A stretch of DNA of 64,000 nucleotides from a bacterium (GTDB lineage: Bacteria > Zhuqueibacterota > Zhuqueibacteria > Residuimicrobiales > Krinioviventaceae), in the NCBI GenBank assembly GCA_963675755.2, contig CAXXMD010000003.1:608001-672000 (forward strand), given 5' to 3'. The translations under genes and the position numbers were made by a program. The notes under the pieces were generated by a model, which saw only the letters and a program-made list of their open reading frames with translations, ran no database searches and was not told the DNA's origin. This document shows, one piece after another, positions 20,730 through 30,850 of this stretch; position 1 is the first letter of the stretch, and every line of letters starts with the position of its first letter.

Positions 20730-23627
20730 TTAAAAACTATACTGTACACCAAAATCATACATTGCACCATAAACAGAATAGGTTGAGTGTTTGTCTGTAC
20801 CACTCAGGCTTGTTATATCCGGAGTACTTGTCAAATTTACTCCAGTAAAGAGTAAGGACAATTTTTCATTAATTTTGTAACGCAGTGACATGTCATAGCG
20901 AACAAAGTCTTCAACATAAGTATCAGCAGTTTCAATGCGCCCGACGCCGCTCAGGCTACGTCCCTGAAAGAATGTAGAAAATCTACCTGAAAAACCGCCA
21001 ATGTCATAGCCAATAGACATATTTAAAATATGATCAGGCTGTGTCGGAAGACGTCCCTTACGGAAACCAATGTCATAAGTCATGTGCTCAACGATCCATG
21101 GAGCCTGGCTAATATAGGTAATACTGTCGAGTGTCACCTCATAGTGCCGTAACCATGAATTTGAGAATGCACGTGTATAATTGATACCAAATGTGAAATT
21201 TTTCAATAAACCGGGTAGAGCACTGAGGTTGGCCTGATAGTCAACTTCAATACCTTTCACAGTGGAAAGACCATGGGTATTAACAGGAAATGAAATATTT
21301 TTATTAATATAATGATTCGCATCAAAGGCAGGGTCATCCTCATCAAGTCCATACATTATTGCATCTTCATTACTTCCTACATAGTACTGGAGCGTATATG
21401 AAAAGTTTTTAATTTCTTTATAGTATCCTGCAATTGTAAATAACCCAAATCTATTACTATATATTGATGTTGAAAGGTCAAAATTCTTTGACGTTGCTGT
21501 CTTGAGATCTGGATTACCACGCTCAGTGATAGCTTCATTATCGAAAGATGCGGTTACATATGGAATAAGATGTCTAAAATTGGGTCTGGAAATTGTTTCA
21601 GTATAGGCAAATCGGGTATCAAGCCATTCCAAAGGTTTCACTTTTATATGCACCATTGGCAGCCAGAATTCATGTTCACGTTTTGCACTTCGTGGCTCAT
21701 ATACACCATTAAAGGTTACCGTACTTTTATTTTTGATATAGTGATAATATCCAGTTGCATCAAAATCATCACCTTCATAACGTATGCCGGGAATAACGGT
21801 CAATACATCATTAAAGGCATTGAGTTTCATCATCAAATAGCCGGCGTAATAATTTTCCGTCATATCATAATTTTCGTTATCCGTTTTCAGAGGCTTATAT
21901 GCAGCATATTCATAGTCTTTGATCCAGTCAGTCCAGACAGACTTGATTTTGTCCACATCAATATAGTGGTTGATTGAGACCTTTCCATTCAGCACCGGAT
22001 CAGGATTATAATCTGTAGTATATTCTGACCATACTGGTCCTGAAGCACCGTTAGGAAACAAGCCGTCATAAAGACTTCGCTGCTGAATACGACTTGAACG
22101 CTCCACCTGTTTAAAAAGAACACCTGTCTTTATAAAGCCTGACATATTCTTGTAAAAAAATGGATATTTAATATCAAATTTTTCGGCATATTTAACTTCT
22201 TCAATATGCCCTTCATCTTTATAAACTTCATTAAAATTCCAAATACCCGTATTCGGAAGTAAATCTAAATAGTCTTCAGGCGTAATTGTAAGCTTGTTGG
22301 CAGCATTTAAAGCATCAATTTCACCCTGATCTGTTGGGCTCAAATTGAATCGTATTTGATAATCGTCGGGTGTATCTGTTTCAGAGCGAAAATGCGAAAC
22401 TCGCCATTCTATATCGAATTTAGAAAAGTTGTGTGTACCGCGTAATGCATTTGAAAGCATATACACGTCACTCTCTGTTTTGTATCCACTGAGACTGGAT
22501 GCATTCCTTGTTATCATTCTGGAAGTTAAACCACCGGAATTGAAAAAATTGGAGAATAAAATCTCGGTCCCTTTGTTTGAATAATCGAATATGGCATCAA
22601 TGCCCTGCTTAGTACGGATCGCTCTTGTATTACTTATTGTGGCACCCGTTGTTCTGTATTGGGTTACTCGAACTCCATCAATATAAGGTTCTTCTCGTTG
22701 AATTGATCCAATTAACCGATCACTGCCACGATTACGCTGCTCAGCATTTATGCCGAATTGAACTCCCAATTTCTTATCGAAAAAACGTCGGGACATTTTT
22801 CCAACTATTTTATATTGATTCAAATCTTCCTCGTATGCATTATAACCGCCATACACACGGATGTCGTATTCATTTTCCTCAGGGGCTCTGCCCAGACGCA
22901 TATTAACAGTTCCACCCAGGGTTGCCGCATCCATGTCCGGCAAGATGGCTTTGTATACTTCAATACCACTTAAATTTTCCTGAGAAATACCCTGCAATGT
23001 AACGCTTCTGCTTTGTTTTCCACTAAAGTCATCAGCACGGCCAGGAGTACCTGTTCCGCCCATTACAACACCATCAATTTGAACCTGATTATATTGGCTG
23101 TTAAGGCCACGAATACGGATACTAGCACCTTCACCATCAACTCTTGATATTGTGATTCCGGGAACACGTGCAATGGCTTCAGCCACATTCTGGTCTGGTA
23201 ATTCCTGAATTCGTTCAGCATCAACAATATTCATCATGGCGTCAGCAGCAAGTTGCTGGTTAATGGCCGCCAATTGACCCACAGATTGGGCAGACACAAC
23301 AACCACATCTCCCTCAATATATGACATAACCAATTCGGCATTCTGCATCACAGTTTGATTCGCTGTCTTGATTTGAACATTATATTCTGCTACTTCATAT
23401 CCTATATATGTGACTTTTAAGGTATAGTTACCAGGTGGTATTTTTTGAATAGTAAATCTACCCTCTATGTCTGACGCTGAACCTAAACTCGTACCTCCAA
23501 CCATAACATTTGCACCAGGCAGGAGTACACCAGTTGCTCCATCAGTAATCGTCCCCTTAATTGTTGCCCCAAAAATAGAAACAGCATATAGAAAAATAAA
23601 AAACAACATATTTTTAATATTTTTCAT
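20730..23627 (-). CDS. TonB-dependent receptor
   Basis: N-terminal carboxypeptidase-regulatory-like domain (LPGANV..GT..G), plug PDQNVAEAIARVPGI..GEG..IRG, GNPDLK, C-terminal Phe. Confidence 0.95.
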   Translation of the reverse strand: MKNIKNMLFFIFLYAVSIFGATIKGTITDGATGVLLPGANVMVGGTSLGSASDIEGRFTIQKIPPGNYTLKVTYIGYEVAEYNVQIKTANQTVMQNAELVMSYIEGDVVVVSAQSVGQLAAINQQLAADAMMNIVDAERIQELPDQNVAEAIARVPGITISRVDGEGASIRIRGLNSQYNQVQIDGVVMGGTGTPGRADDFSGKQSRSVTLQGISQENLSGIEVYKAILPDMDAATLGGTVNMRLGRAPEENEYDIRVYGGYNAYEEDLNQYKIVGKMSRRFFDKKLGVQFGINAEQRNRGSDRLIGSIQREEPYIDGVRVTQYRTTGATISNTRAIRTKQGIDAIFDYSNKGTEILFSNFFNSGGLTSRMITRNASSLSGYKTESDVYMLSNALRGTHNFSKFDIEWRVSHFRSETDTPDDYQIRFNLSPTDQGEIDALNAANKLTITPEDYLDLLPNTGIWNFNEVYKDEGHIEEVKYAEKFDIKYPFFYKNMSGFIKTGVLFKQVERSSRIQQRSLYDGLFPNGASGPVWSEYTTDYNPDPVLNGKVSINHYIDVDKIKSVWTDWIKDYEYAAYKPLKTDNENYDMTENYYAGYLMMKLNAFNDVLTVIPGIRYEGDDFDATGYYHYIKNKSTVTFNGVYEPRSAKREHEFWLPMVHIKVKPLEWLDTRFAYTETISRPNFRHLIPYVTASFDNEAITERGNPDLKTATSKNFDLSTSIYSNRFGLFTIAGYYKEIKNFSYTLQYYVGSNEDAIMYGLDEDDPAFDANHYINKNISFPVNTHGLSTVKGIEVDYQANLSALPGLLKNFTFGINYTRAFSNSWLRHYEVTLDSITYISQAPWIVEHMTYDIGFRKGRLPTQPDHILNMSIGYDIGGFSGRFSTFFQGRSLSGVGRIETADTYVEDFVRYDMSLRYKINEKLSLLFTGVNLTSTPDITSLSGTDKHSTYSVYGAMYDFGVQYSF

Positions 23628-23654
23628 TTTTTATCTCCTTGATAATTGAAAATC

Positions 23655-24533
23655 CTATTCATCTTCCTCAGACTCTATTGCCAATAGAAAAGTTGCAATC
23701 AGCGCCAGTACCATTCCAGAAATTATTATGGGATGAGGAATTACACTGTATATGATAAGAGAGAGAACAACTGTAATAACGGGTGCGATAGCATTTGTTA
23801 ATGGAGAAACAATAATCGCTTTCCCATAACGCAGAGCATATACCAGACATAAAGCGCCTATTGAATTCAATATTTGAATCATTGCCGCCAGATATGGGCC
23901 TTTAAATCCCCAATTTATGGGTTGGCTAAAATCAGTCATATAAATTGCAAACGGTATCAGTAAAAGACCCGTTATCATCATATAAAAAAAGATACTTTCA
24001 GCTTTCATGCGTTCATTTGCAAACCTCATCACAAAAGCCTGAATTCCCCATGCCAGGAATACGAACAAAGCAAGCACTATCCAGAAATAACCTCGTCCGG
24101 ATGTATCCGGAGATTGATAGGACAATAAGGGAATCGCCAACAAGGCAATGATAATACCAACCCAACTTTTTTTACCAGTCCGTTCTTTTAAGAAAAAATA
24201 CGATAGTAAAATGGTAATAATTGGTGATAATGAAATAAAAGGAAAAACGAGATAAGCAGGACCTGTTCTCAAAGTTTGAAAGAGGATCAGTTGTCCACCA
24301 GCGCCAAGGAATCCTATAACAGATCCCAGGAAAATTGAACGCAAATCATTCTCCAACTTCCAATTGACAAACTTTAGAGCTACCAGTGCGCAAGGAATCA
24401 TCGTTAGTGCCCAAACCGTATAACCTAAAGTAGCTGGAAAGCCTGCTTTTTCCGGTGCTTCAATAAAAGCGCCCCATAATCCCCAGAATAACGTCGTTGT
24501 TATTGCAAAATAGAACCAAATTCTTTTTTTCAT
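23655..24533 (-). CDS. DMT/EamA-family inner-membrane transporter (probable sugar permease)
   Basis: About 10 hydrophobic helices in two repeats (WGLWG / WGIQA); located in a sugar catabolic operon. Confidence 0.8.
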   Translation of the reverse strand: MKKRIWFYFAITTTLFWGLWGAFIEAPEKAGFPATLGYTVWALTMIPCALVALKFVNWKLENDLRSIFLGSVIGFLGAGGQLILFQTLRTGPAYLVFPFISLSPIITILLSYFFLKERTGKKSWVGIIIALLAIPLLSYQSPDTSGRGYFWIVLALFVFLAWGIQAFVMRFANERMKAESIFFYMMITGLLLIPFAIYMTDFSQPINWGFKGPYLAAMIQILNSIGALCLVYALRYGKAIIVSPLTNAIAPVITVVLSLIIYSVIPHPIIISGMVLALIATFLLAIESEEDE

Positions 24534-24578
24534 CGTTAGCCAAATTTAAGTTAATATTAGTTTCCTATTCAAGGTTGT

Positions 24579-25892
24579 TTAACAATAACCGCATGCATAT
24601 GAATATATCACTATAGTATCCCTGATCTTATCTTGAATGATTTCTTCGGGACTGTTTTGTATTCGCCCTTCTCGTATCGACTGATACTGCATTGGCAAAT
24701 ATTGACTTAAAAGTGTAGCAGGTATTTCATGATGATTGAGATTATGAATGAGTATTGATAGTGACTCACGTATATGTGGTAAATTCCAGTAATATCTTGA
24801 ACGATCGCTATAGCTATATTTTCGAGAAAATGACCGAGTCTTGTGATCACCTTTATAATGATTATTCCAGTATGTTGGATTTTCGCACATTAACTGATCA
24901 AGTGTTTCCCTGATATGTGATAAAACAATACCCTTTCTCGAGAAAGAAAGTTCCTCTTCAATTTCGGCAAGAGCAAAAACAGCTTCTCGAAAAGCAAAAG
25001 TTAACCAGGGACCAACTTTAAGGATAGCGAAATGATCTTTTACCATCTGGCGCAAAGCTGATTTCAATTGGTAATCTGTAGAATGGGCCTCATATACCAA
25101 ATTGGAATAATTTTCAATAAACAGCGAAAGTTCTTTTGCTTGATCATGAGAATAATTCAATACAATTTCATCACCAAATTCGACACCCGGTTGAACAACG
25201 ACTGCTATCACTCTTTTCCAGGCGCTATCCAATCCTCGTGTTAAAAATGCTTTTTTGGTAATTTCTATTGTATTTTTAATATCAACAGTGTTGGTTATCT
25301 CTATATCTTGTTCCTCTACAGCACCTCCCGGTATTGGAACATCTGTGCCAATAACATATAAAGGTTGCAGTGAACCAGGAGGCATATTCTGGTATGTCTG
25401 TTCTGCCACCTCACATAAATCCGCGGCCCTTTCAGCAATAATATGACAATCCAATGGCTCATGTAAAGGACCGTTGTCATCATTACATTTCATACTGGCA
25501 TCAAGATGAATCTTTTGATAACCCGCCTGTACATAATCACGAATCATATGTTTAGACTTTTCCATAGCACTGTTTGCATTTTCATTTTGCCACGGATTTG
25601 GGCCCAAGTGATCACCACCCAAAATCAGCCGGTTTAACGGAAAGCTTACAGTTCTGGCAATTTCATGAACATAATCAACGAATTGGGATGGTGTCATACC
25701 TATATATCCACCCATCTGATTCACCTGATTGGATGTGGATTCTACCAAAAGATTGGTCTCATCTTCCATGGCCTGCCGCATCGCTGCTTTGAGAACAAAA
25801 CCATTTGCTGAACAAACAGAATATATCCCAATGCTTTGATCACTGTTAAATTGGTGCAAATTTTCAAGACTAAAATTATTCATTAACCGCAC
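24579..25892 (-). CDS. kbaZ: GatZ/KbaZ family protein (probable D-tagatose-6-phosphate 4-epimerase)
   Basis: GIYSVCSA, ESTSNQVNQ.GGY, GGDHLGPNPW, KIHLDASM, VVQPGVEF, EAHSTDYQ, LKVGP.LTFA, YSYSDR.RYYW. Confidence 0.92.
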   Translation of the reverse strand: MRLMNNFSLENLHQFNSDQSIGIYSVCSANGFVLKAAMRQAMEDETNLLVESTSNQVNQMGGYIGMTPSQFVDYVHEIARTVSFPLNRLILGGDHLGPNPWQNENANSAMEKSKHMIRDYVQAGYQKIHLDASMKCNDDNGPLHEPLDCHIIAERAADLCEVAEQTYQNMPPGSLQPLYVIGTDVPIPGGAVEEQDIEITNTVDIKNTIEITKKAFLTRGLDSAWKRVIAVVVQPGVEFGDEIVLNYSHDQAKELSLFIENYSNLVYEAHSTDYQLKSALRQMVKDHFAILKVGPWLTFAFREAVFALAEIEEELSFSRKGIVLSHIRETLDQLMCENPTYWNNHYKGDHKTRSFSRKYSYSDRSRYYWNLPHIRESLSILIHNLNHHEIPATLLSQYLPMQYQSIREGRIQNSPEEIIQDKIRDTIVIYSYACGYC

Positions 25893-26826
25893 TTTTTAAT
25901 ATCTGTTTTAAATTTTCCTGTAATACTTTTTTATCAGTAAAGGCACCGGTACCGCCAATTGCTGTGACTGCATTAGCTCCACAAGCATTGCCAAAACGCA
26001 AACACTCTGTCCAATCTGAATTCTGCAAAAATTTATAAATAAACCCGGAATTAAAGCTGTCACCAGCACCCGTAACTTCTACAGGTGTTACATGAAAAGA
26101 TGGAGCTTTAAAAGTCTTATCGTTTGTGCAAAGTATCGATCCTTTATCACTACGCTTGACAACCAGTACCCTGACTTTTTGGCGTAAAAATTCAATGGCT
26201 TTTTCAATGTCATCCGTTTTTGCAATACGAAGGGCTTCATCTTCATTCGGGAAAAATATATCCGTATGCTTTAATACATCAAAAAGATCTTTATCCCATT
26301 TATCTTCAGGGTCCCAATTCGTATCAAGAGAAGTAGTCATGCCCAATTCTTTTGCCTTGGCAAAAATAGCCGGTAAATCGGGACGAATACCAGGTTGTAA
26401 ATAATAGCATCCCAAATGCAAGTGACGAGCCTGTGAAATATAATCCCAATCCATATCATCAATTGCCAGACATTTCATTGCCCCCATGTAGGTCAACACT
26501 GCTCTGTGTGGTAGATTTGCAAGAACAATGGAAGCACCTGTTTTCAAATTTTTATCACGAATAATTGATAACGTCTCAACACCACCGGCAGCTAATTTTT
26601 TTATCATATAATCACCAAAGTTATCAATACCGGCTTTACCAATAAAACCCACCTTTGCTCCGATTGATGCAAGATTATGTGCAGTAATAGCAGAAGAGGA
26701 ACCCATAGCGAACCGCATATCCTCTGCCAGCATTTCTTTGTCATTCTCAGGCATGGGTACATTTATCAAAACAAGATCAATATTCAATTCTCCAATGATG
26801 ACAACATCCAGTCGTTTTTCTGCCAT
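25876..26826 (-). CDS. PfkB family carbohydrate kinase
   Basis: GELNIDL, GSSSAITA, PNEDEA, VTGAGDSFNSG. Confidence 0.9.
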   Translation of the reverse strand: MAEKRLDVVIIGELNIDLVLINVPMPENDKEMLAEDMRFAMGSSSAITAHNLASIGAKVGFIGKAGIDNFGDYMIKKLAAGGVETLSIIRDKNLKTGASIVLANLPHRAVLTYMGAMKCLAIDDMDWDYISQARHLHLGCYYLQPGIRPDLPAIFAKAKELGMTTSLDTNWDPEDKWDKDLFDVLKHTDIFFPNEDEALRIAKTDDIEKAIEFLRQKVRVLVVKRSDKGSILCTNDKTFKAPSFHVTPVEVTGAGDSFNSGFIYKFLQNSDWTECLRFGNACGANAVTAIGGTGAFTDKKVLQENLKQILKSAVNE

Positions 26827-26983
26827 TTAATAACCTTCTTTATTCTGAATAAATAGTTCCTAAACTCGTTTTTGTACAAACAGATAAAATGTAAATATTG
26901 ATAATTATCTGAGTTTAATTTTCAAGCTTTTATATAAAATAAATTATGAAAGCATTTCTTGGTTTTCAAATTTGTAAAAACAG

Positions 26984-28075
26984 TTATTTTATTTCACTAT
27001 CAGCTTGCTCAAATGTGACAACTTGGGATAAATATCGAGGCAAATCCGGATTAATATCTTTAGAAACTGCACGATAAAAACCAAGTAACTGCAAAAGAGG
27101 AACATAATGGAAAATATTAAACATGTCGGATGATTGATTCATACAGATACTGAAATCTGCACTTTGCTCAATAAATTGTGAATATTCACCATGCAAAACA
27201 AAACACTTACCACCTAAATCCTTGATCTCTTTAATCATAGGCTTTTCCCAGCCGGCTCCTGAACTGGAGATTAAAAATGTTATTAGTGAATTTTCTGAGA
27301 CGAAAGACCTTGGCCCATGACGATATTCCAAAGTATGAAAACTCGTAGAATTTGTAATGGACATTTCCAGCATTTTTAATGCAGCTTCATTAGCAATGCC
27401 ATAATAGGGCCCCTGACCCAAAAATATGAAATCATTAAATTGTGTGTTTGCAGCAACATTTTCTATAAACGATTCATGTGTTTTAACAAGTTTTTCACCA
27501 GACCCAACAACACTAAATAAAGATTCAAGTGTGGCATCATCATTTCTCAAAATTAAAGCGATGTATATTAAAGCTAATAACAACGTTGTAAATGAACTGG
27601 TCATGACGACACTCTTTTCCTTTTCAAATGGGAAAGGGATAGAATAGTCACACGCTTTTACAAGTGAAGAATTCTGATCGCATGATATTGCCAGGGTAGG
27701 AATATGAAATTCTTTACGAGATTTTTCTGCAACCAGAACAGTTTCAGTAGATTCACCAGATCTGGAAATGGGAACTATTAAATATTTTTTATTCTTCAAA
27801 AAGATAGAATCCGGATTAATGAGAATTTCTGATCCAGGTAAAGCATAACTAATAATACCAGTATATTTTGAAAATAAACTACTGGCGGTCTGAGCTATAT
27901 AATAAGAAGTGCCACATCCAACAAATATCCAAATACGATCTACAAAATCTTTTATTAACTGTTGATTTTTTTCTTTATCATATATAAGAGCTGTAAGTGC
28001 ATTTTTCCATATTTTTTGTTGCCTAGATATTTCAAGATAAGTTAAATATTCATGGGCTGATTGTTTCGCCATCAT
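26984..28075 (-). CDS. agaS: SIS-domain sugar-phosphate isomerase/deaminase, AgaS-like
   Basis: GCGTSYY, ISRSGESTE, SVVMTSSFT, EAALKMLEMS, EYRHGP, INPDLPRYLSQVV; context with KbaZ and AgaR. Confidence 0.75.
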   Translation of the reverse strand: MMAKQSAHEYLTYLEISRQQKIWKNALTALIYDKEKNQQLIKDFVDRIWIFVGCGTSYYIAQTASSLFSKYTGIISYALPGSEILINPDSIFLKNKKYLIVPISRSGESTETVLVAEKSRKEFHIPTLAISCDQNSSLVKACDYSIPFPFEKEKSVVMTSSFTTLLLALIYIALILRNDDATLESLFSVVGSGEKLVKTHESFIENVAANTQFNDFIFLGQGPYYGIANEAALKMLEMSITNSTSFHTLEYRHGPRSFVSENSLITFLISSSGAGWEKPMIKEIKDLGGKCFVLHGEYSQFIEQSADFSICMNQSSDMFNIFHYVPLLQLLGFYRAVSKDINPDLPRYLSQVVTFEQADSEIK

Positions 28076-28086
28076 CTACGTCTCCA

Positions 28087-28857
28087 TTATACAATTATTA
28101 CTTCAATACCCATTTCTTCAAGTTTTAACAAATACTCCTTGGGAATTCCACTATCGGTAATCAGTTTATGAATTTGATTTATTTGACAAATCACCCCTAA
28201 GCTGCGTTTTCCAAATTTAGAGGAATCAGTTACAACAACAACTTCACTTGCCGCATTTACCATGAGTTTACTTACTTTTGTTTCCAAAATGTTTGGAGTA
28301 GTCAAACCAACATTCAAATCAATACCATCAACGCCAAGGAATAATTTATCAGCTGCTACACTTGTAATTGCATCTTCTGCCAAGGGGCCAACCAGGGAAA
28401 AAGAATTTTCCCTTAAATTTCCTCCTGTAAGTATTATATCAATTTCACTTGCAGCTAATTCACTTGCAATGTTTACTGCATTTGTAATAATTGTGATATT
28501 TTTATAAAACTTTAAAAGACGGGCAATAAATGTTGTGGTTGAGCCAGAATCGAGAATAACTACATCTCCACTATCAATCATATCAACAGCTTTTTGAGCT
28601 ATATTACTTTTATCTTTTGCTCTGATCCTTTCCTTCTCTGTCAAAGCAAGATCAGTTACCGCTGACTGATTCAATACCGCACCGCCATGAACACGGGTAA
28701 GAATCCCTTTATTTTCCATAATTACGAGATCTTTTCGTATAGTAACGGGAGAAATCCCAAATTCCTCTGCTACATCATTTACGATAAGCCGTTTATTGGT
28801 TACCAAAATCTCTTGAAGCTTTCTTCTTCTTTCTTCATTTAACATAATAACTTCCAT
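28087..28857 (-). CDS. agaR: DeoR/GlpR family transcriptional repressor, AgaR-like
   Basis: SPVTIRKDL HTH, RVHGGA, LDSGSTT, ITNAVNIA, DSSKFG. Confidence 0.85.
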   Translation of the reverse strand: MEVIMLNEERRRKLQEILVTNKRLIVNDVAEEFGISPVTIRKDLVIMENKGILTRVHGGAVLNQSAVTDLALTEKERIRAKDKSNIAQKAVDMIDSGDVVILDSGSTTTFIARLLKFYKNITIITNAVNIASELAASEIDIILTGGNLRENSFSLVGPLAEDAITSVAADKLFLGVDGIDLNVGLTTPNILETKVSKLMVNAASEVVVVTDSSKFGKRSLGVICQINQIHKLITDSGIPKEYLLKLEEMGIEVIIV

Positions 28858-28870
28858 TTTGGTTTTTTTT

Positions 28871-28970
28871 CTTTCATTTTAGATCAATCTCTTTTTCATG
28901 GTAATAATTATTTTACAATAATGCAAGTCTTTTTTCGTTTTGGATCATTTTATTTCATATTGTTTCGTTT
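28871..28970 (-). promoter_or_regulatory. sigma70-type promoter (TTGCAT-N17-TACCAT, 28926-28898) flanked by 10-bp-periodic TTTCRTTT boxes, candidate AgaR operators
   Basis: Plus strand 28931-28970 reads tttttcgttt/tggatcattt/tatttcatat/tgtttcgttt, with ctttcatttt at 28871. This resembles known AgaR TTTC direct-repeat sites. Confidence 0.6.
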
Positions 28971-29331
28971 AAATTGAATAATTTTTTGATATGTTTCGTA
29001 TCGGAACACGTTTAAATACTCAGAATAGAAAATTTTAGAACCCAAAATGCTCCTATCCCCATTGATTCTCATCAAATCACAATCAAGTTAACTTGTATTT
29101 TTATTAGATAGTCACCAAATAGAGAGCACCGTAGTAAACTGATTACGTTCTCTAATTTCTTAGTACTTTTCTCACAGGATGTGAAAGGCTCGGGATCAGC
29201 ATCGCCAAAACATCTGAATTTTTCCGGGGATTACCATGAAGAACGAAATTCAATTCGCTTGTCCATCGCAGATGGACCCGGCAGGCAGGATGCGACTTTC
29301 AAAATGGTGTAAAGAGGTATAATCAGAGTTT

Positions 29332-29497
29332 TGACGGAGACAATCTCCCCCATGATCAATTTTACAAAATCAATTCAATCCTGTAATCTTTTAATCCAAT
29401 AAATCTTAATTCAAACAAAAAGGCGCCGCCCATTACATGGTTAGCAGTGGCGGCGCTTTAAGAAGAATACCTGGTCTACAGGCTCAGGTTACGAACT
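29332..29497. repeat. Composite inter-cassette repeat, copy R1 (partial)
   Basis: Contains tgacggaga-caatctc, 9-nt AATCC tandem units, a gcgccgcc...ggcggcgc hairpin and REP-like cctggtctacaggctcaggttacg; aligns with R2-R4. Confidence 0.85.
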
Positions 29498-29501
29498 GAT
29501 G

Positions 29502-29735
29502 TTATACAAAAGTAAATAACAAAATAAAAATCACAGTAAAAATAAACATAACATTGAACAACAATTTAAAAAATTTCTCGCTGGTAAAAAAATAATTTAA
29601 AGATTTTGGATTTGATCTTTTGTGTGTTCTTGATAATTTTGATAAAATTTGAAACCCATTCAATTTATAAAAAAATATCCAAAGCCATAACCAAATAAAC
29701 ATATAAAAAATAATATCTTTAAAATCAAATTCCAT
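29502..29735 (-). CDS. Small two-TM membrane protein, putative immunity protein
   Basis: 77 aa, very AT-rich, AGGA RBS, directly downstream of a decayed RHS toxin fragment. Confidence 0.55.
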   Translation of the reverse strand: MEFDFKDIIFYMFIWLWLWIFFYKLNGFQILSKLSRTHKRSNPKSLNYFFTSEKFFKLLFNVMFIFTVIFILLFTFV

Positions 29736-29749
29736 TAGATTTTATCCTA

Positions 29750-30098
29750 TTAATTATTTCCCCATTTTTCTATTTCATTATCTTTTCTAACAATTGTTTT
29801 CTCAGTATTATCTTCCTTTTTAAACTTTTTAAAAAGATCAATAACTCCTTATTTCAAATCTATTGTTTAAGTTTTAAATGCGGAAAATCCAAGGTCAGCC
29901 CCCAAAGAAACTCCAAATTTAATCCCAATTACATCCCTCCCATCCGGATCAACCAGTATCAACGGGTTATTCATCGTATAATTTTATACAGACTCAACCC
30001 CGGATATTTTCCCTACAACGGATCAACGCAAATAAACCGCCCCACAACCGGATCATGACTAAAACATCACCGTATTGGATCATAACCAAAATAACGCA
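29750..30098 (-). pseudogene. Decayed orphan RHS core/toxin-tip fragment
   Basis: HDPVVGRFICVDPL*GKYPGLSLY-(+2 frameshift)-NYTMNNPLILVDPDG-RDVIGIKFGVSLGADLGFSAFKT*. TAG at 30013-30015; DNA similar to 33565-33728. Confidence 0.85.
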
Positions 30099-30116
30099 TA
30101 AAAACAAATGTTTTAA

Positions 30117-30362
30117 TCAATCGTGTTTTTATCCGTGAAGATCAGTGTGAATCCGTGGCTAAATACAGAAGCAAAAAGCTTTACCGCAGTGATCGCAGAG
30201 TATTCGCAATGAACGCGGAGAGGTAAAATTTAACCATGACAGAGACAATCTCTGTCACGATCGTTTTTAAAACATCAATTCAATCTTATAATCCTTTAAT
30301 CCCATAAATCATAATTCAGACAAAAAAACGCCGGTTACTGCAGGGTTAGCAGTGTGACGACG
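30117..30362. repeat. Composite inter-cassette repeat, copy R2
   Basis: tcaatcgtgtttttatccgtg..., tgacagaga-caa-tctctgtca hairpin, AATCC tandem and actgc..gcagt hairpin. The central part is replaced by cgcag/cgcgg ~10-mers. Confidence 0.85.
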
Positions 30363-30515
30363 TAATGATATAAATAATTAACATTCAATTTCACACTATT
30401 GTGGCAATGCGAAAGAAATCCCACGGATAGATTTGAACTACTAACCAATTCAACATTCAATACAATAATAAATTTCAATCAACACTTGAAATTCTAACAA
30501 ATCATTGTAATAACA

Positions 30516-30749
30516 TTAAAATATCTCAACTATTCCATACAAAATGGATATAAAACTTACAAAATACAATACAATTAATAGTGTTTTTTGATATGATATT
30601 ATTCCCTTCTTTGTTTGCATCTCCTCCTTATTGAAAAAAATTTTACCGCTATCATATTCTCGCTCCATATGACGAAGATTTGATAAAACTCTAAAATTTG
30701 CAAAAAACACTAAAATTCCAGTTATTAATAATATCATTTCATAACTCAT
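30516..30749 (-). CDS. Small two-TM membrane protein, putative orphan immunity protein
   Basis: 77 aa, strong GGAGGTG RBS, occupies the same array position as the other immunity-like genes. Confidence 0.6.
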   Translation of the reverse strand: MSYEMILLITGILVFFANFRVLSNLRHMEREYDSGKIFFNKEEMQTKKGIISYQKTLLIVLYFVSFISILYGIVEIF

Positions 30750-30767
30750 TAATATTCACCTCCAGTC

Positions 30768-30790
30768 CGTAGCCTGGGCCTGTCGCCCAG
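30768..30790 (+). repeat. GTAG-type REP-like hairpin, left boundary of inserted segment
   Basis: cGTAG-CCTGGG-cctgtcg-CCCAG. Confidence 0.7.
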
Positions 30791-30850
30791 AATTTGAACT
30801 GACGAATATCGAACGACCCATAAAATTTGATGTTTGGCAAGTATTCAATT

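Noticed and set aside
29100-29300. Possible tRNA remnant or ncRNA (small hairpins such as gtccatc-gca-gatggac; ccggcaggcagg)
   Set aside because: No cloverleaf or T-loop and no recognisable RNA family; at most a degraded repeat at the array edge.
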